A DNA stretch of 64,000 nt from Eledone cirrhosa (taxonomy: Eukaryota): NCBI GenBank assembly GCA_964016885.1, contig OZ024742.1, forward strand, positions 274,474,001-274,538,000, written 5' to 3'. Positions 61,078-64,000 of this stretch are shown here, in pieces. The first letter of the stretch is position 1. Each line of letters opens with the position of its first letter. Under the pieces are notes generated by a model. That model ran no database searches. It was not told the DNA's origin and saw only the letters and a list, made by a program, of their open reading frames with translations. The position numbers and the translations under genes are program-made.

Positions 61078-61392
61078 TTGTTTATGATACTATAGGCATG
61101 TTGTTAGAATGTCTCAGGAAACAATCGCTAGGCAAATTATACGGGGAAGACCAACCGGCAGGAGACCCAGGGCTAAAGCCCAAGCAAGATGGTTGGATAA
61201 CAGGGGATCCAGCCGGATTAGTTGGGAACGCTTGTTTCTGACAGGACCCACTGGAAATAATGTTTGAGGACTCTGTACCCACGACCCTCTCATTAATAAG
61301 CGGAAGAAGAAGAAGAAGAAGAAGAAGAAGAAGAAGAAGAAGAAGAAGAAGAAGAAGAAGAAGAAGAAGAAGAAGAAGAAGAAGAAGAAGAA
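61078..61392 (+). mobile_element. RTE LINE 3' end with a (GAA)n tail
   Basis: YYRHVVRMSQE..GRRPR parallels 45090-45330. Confidence 0.75.
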
Positions 61393-62013
61393 TGAGGATG
61401 CAAAGGAGTAAGGGGAAATATAGTTTTCATAAGGCATTGTGAAATATGTAATAAATGAAAAGGTGTTCAGAACGCTGTTACAATGCGGATAGCAATATAA
61501 AGTTTGCATTGGTTTAAAAGTATAAAACAAAAACAAAACAAAATAATTTATTTACCTTCAATAATTCTTTTGAAATGTATGCTAAAATACGAAACGATCT
61601 GATCTCAACCGTGTTGTATATATGGCTGACATGCGGAATGAGTGTACATGCGCAGTCATAACAGACACACAGCTGCATGTTATTCCGATCTTCAAAGGAA
61701 TACTCGTTGATTACCACATTCATATTTATATCCGCATTGTAACTGCTATTCAAACACTTAATTATTTGACTATTATTATTATTATTTGAAGGTGAAGCCA
61801 CGCTTCTTATCGCCTCCAGTTTTTTTTTCAACAGTTTACCTCGTTTTCAACCGTTCTAAACCTTTTATTCAAGATTTAAACTTGATAAAAGTTTAGAAGA
61901 AGTGACCCACCTAATACAGGGGTTCACTCGTAAATAATGCGGCACCCCTTTACGGGGTGTCGTATTATGTAAAAATATTATTTGAAAAAATGAATTTCTT
62001 TCAACAAGGATAA

Positions 62014-62053
<40 letters not shown>

Positions 62054-62055
<2 letters not shown>

Positions 62056-64000
62056 CTGTCAGACAACACAGAGAGAGGGAGACTTTGTCAACATATCAAC
62101 AAGGCAGCGTTCTAGCGAAGGTAAATATAAAAGAAAATATTACGAAGGAAAAGAGGAACAATATCATTTTTAATGATATTGATACAGATTTAAAATTACC
62201 AAATATTTCTGACACAAACAACACCAACAATAACACCAACACCAACAGCGGTAAGGTCGAGAACCACAATAAGAATGACAATAACAACAGCCACAACAAC
62301 AATAATAGTAGGAACAGTAACAACAAAAACAACAATAATAACAGCAGCCACAATAACAGTAACAACAGCAACAGTATCGACGAACAGTATGACAACATCA
62401 ATGACCACAATAACAGCAACAACAGTACCAACGAAAACACGTTTGTTGGCCTCGTCTGTACTGGCTTGAATCGAGGAGAAGACCACCATACTGCAAATAC
62501 AAAGAATGGGAAGAGAGAACTGGTCAGGAATAAGCATGCAAATGCTAATACAGACTGACCAGAAGTGCATCGCGCCCATCCCAGACATCATAAACCTCGA
62601 AAGAGGACTCCAACTCCTTATAAGCGTGGAAGGAAGGCGCCCAAAGTGCTATCTCTATGGGCAGAAGGGTCACCTCAGGGCCTTCTGCCCGCAGAAGACA
62701 GCCAAGAAGAGGGCCCCCCTCCTTCCGACGCCTGATCCGCTACTACCAAGACTAGGGCAGGCAACAGAGGTAGAAGATCCTTCTATGGTGAGTAGGAGGG
62801 CAACGTCCGTTGCACCCATACCAATGCCACGGACAACTAAAGCAACGGCAGCAGTGGCGGACACCAACCGTCGCAGTAACTTCACCGGCGCCAAAATCAC
62901 CTGGGCGGTCTCCACTACCACCACCAAAAGCAGTGGAGCTCATGCCCCTCTCAGACGCCACGGAATCTGACATGGAGTATGAGGCGGGAGGGAAGTGGCA
63001 TACGATCTGCCACAAAAAACAAAAGAGGAAAAACCCCTTAGCTTCACCCTCCAAAAGTGAAGGAAGACAAAGAGGGGTAAAGTCTGCAAGGAGACATACA
63101 GCAACTCCACCACCATCACCATCACAACCACAAGCATCACCACCAACAACAACCACACCACCACCCGCATCACCAAAAACACCAACATCGCACACACAAC
63201 AAAACACACACACCCAGCAGCAACAACAAGAAAACAGCAACAAAATAACTCCTTCCCCCAAAAGTACACAGCCATAAACATGGCAAATAAAGAACTCATA
63301 CAACATATGAAGCAACACACAGACATCACAGAAAAAAACTACTACATCCCAACAACACCAAGAACTCGCCCAACAAACATAAGGATCATTGAAATCAAAA
63401 TAGAACAGTACAAACTTTTAAAACAAAAATTCCACAACGCAGTTGGAGACTTCAGAGGGTCGGTTACCAAGAGGATATACACTGACATCCTCTTGGAAAC
63501 ACCCATGACCACCCAAAGGGACGGTTCTGCTGTCCCTTCACCACACGATCAAGGTAAGTGACCCTTTCTCACTTGCCCCGTTTTTCATCCCAAAATGGCC
63601 GTACTTAGAATAGGCAGTATAAGTGTACGTGGCCTTGGGTCATCTTTGAAGCAGGGTCACCTCCTCAACGACCTCAGGTCACTAAACATAGATGTGGTGG
63701 CCATCAGCGAGACCAGAATCTCCGAAGCACGTGCCTTCGCAGCGATCTTCGGCTGCTACGATGTATACGCATCTCCCAGCCGTCCTGGATCGAGGGGAGG
63801 GGTGGCAGTACTTTTTCGTTGAGGCTAGGATCTCGCCATACTAGCCATCTTCCTGGACGCAGAAGGTAAGTCGGTAGTGCTGGACGTGACAGGCAGCGAA
63901 GGCAATGCTTTCAGTCTAGTAGCCGTCTACGCCCAAACTGTGGTAGGACGGCCAGATTTCTACAGACGTCTAGAGACCTATCTTGGAACGTCCCGCTCTT
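62054..64000 (+). mobile_element. 5' part of a Tx1/L1-like LINE (broken ORF1 and start of ORF2 APE); runs off the window
   Basis: VEGRRPKCYLYGQKGHLRAFC (degenerate gag knuckle); ORF2 from 63595 MAVLRIGSISVRGL..DVVAISET..GGVAVL, then LVAVYA after stops. Confidence 0.85.

Noticed and set aside
61915-61970. Strong hairpin ATAATGCGGCACCCC/GGGGTGTCGTATTAT as a terminator
   Set aside because: Eukaryotic context; it follows TACAGGG and is more likely a DNA-transposon end fragment with no partner in the window.

Overview
AT-rich animal genomic DNA, probably from an octopod cephalopod judging by the tRNA-derived SINE family (recognised from memory, not searched). I found no supportable host gene. Most short ORFs are microsatellite artefacts. 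The first ~40 kb is a nested cluster of Penelope-like retroelements (PLEs: RT with a YRDD motif plus C-terminal GIY-YIG), nearly all joined through (TA)n tracts. It also holds five unrelated non-coding tandem-repeat families (units ~317, ~427, ~480, 534 and ~763 bp), each carrying one type I hammerhead ribozyme (HHR) motif per unit, which is a retrozyme-like or pLTR-like design. I read about 30 HHR motifs by eye. They include forms with 44-97 nt stem II domains, a compensatory U3:A8 core and a recurring A4 core. Many fold-back duplications sit at element ends. The last ~24 kb contains an RTE (Expander/Rex3-like) LINE with an inverted 5' half and a nested Chapaev3-like DNA transposon, Tx1/L1-like LINEs, SINEs and other decayed TEs. 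All RNA folds are manual and coordinates of degenerate elements are approximate.
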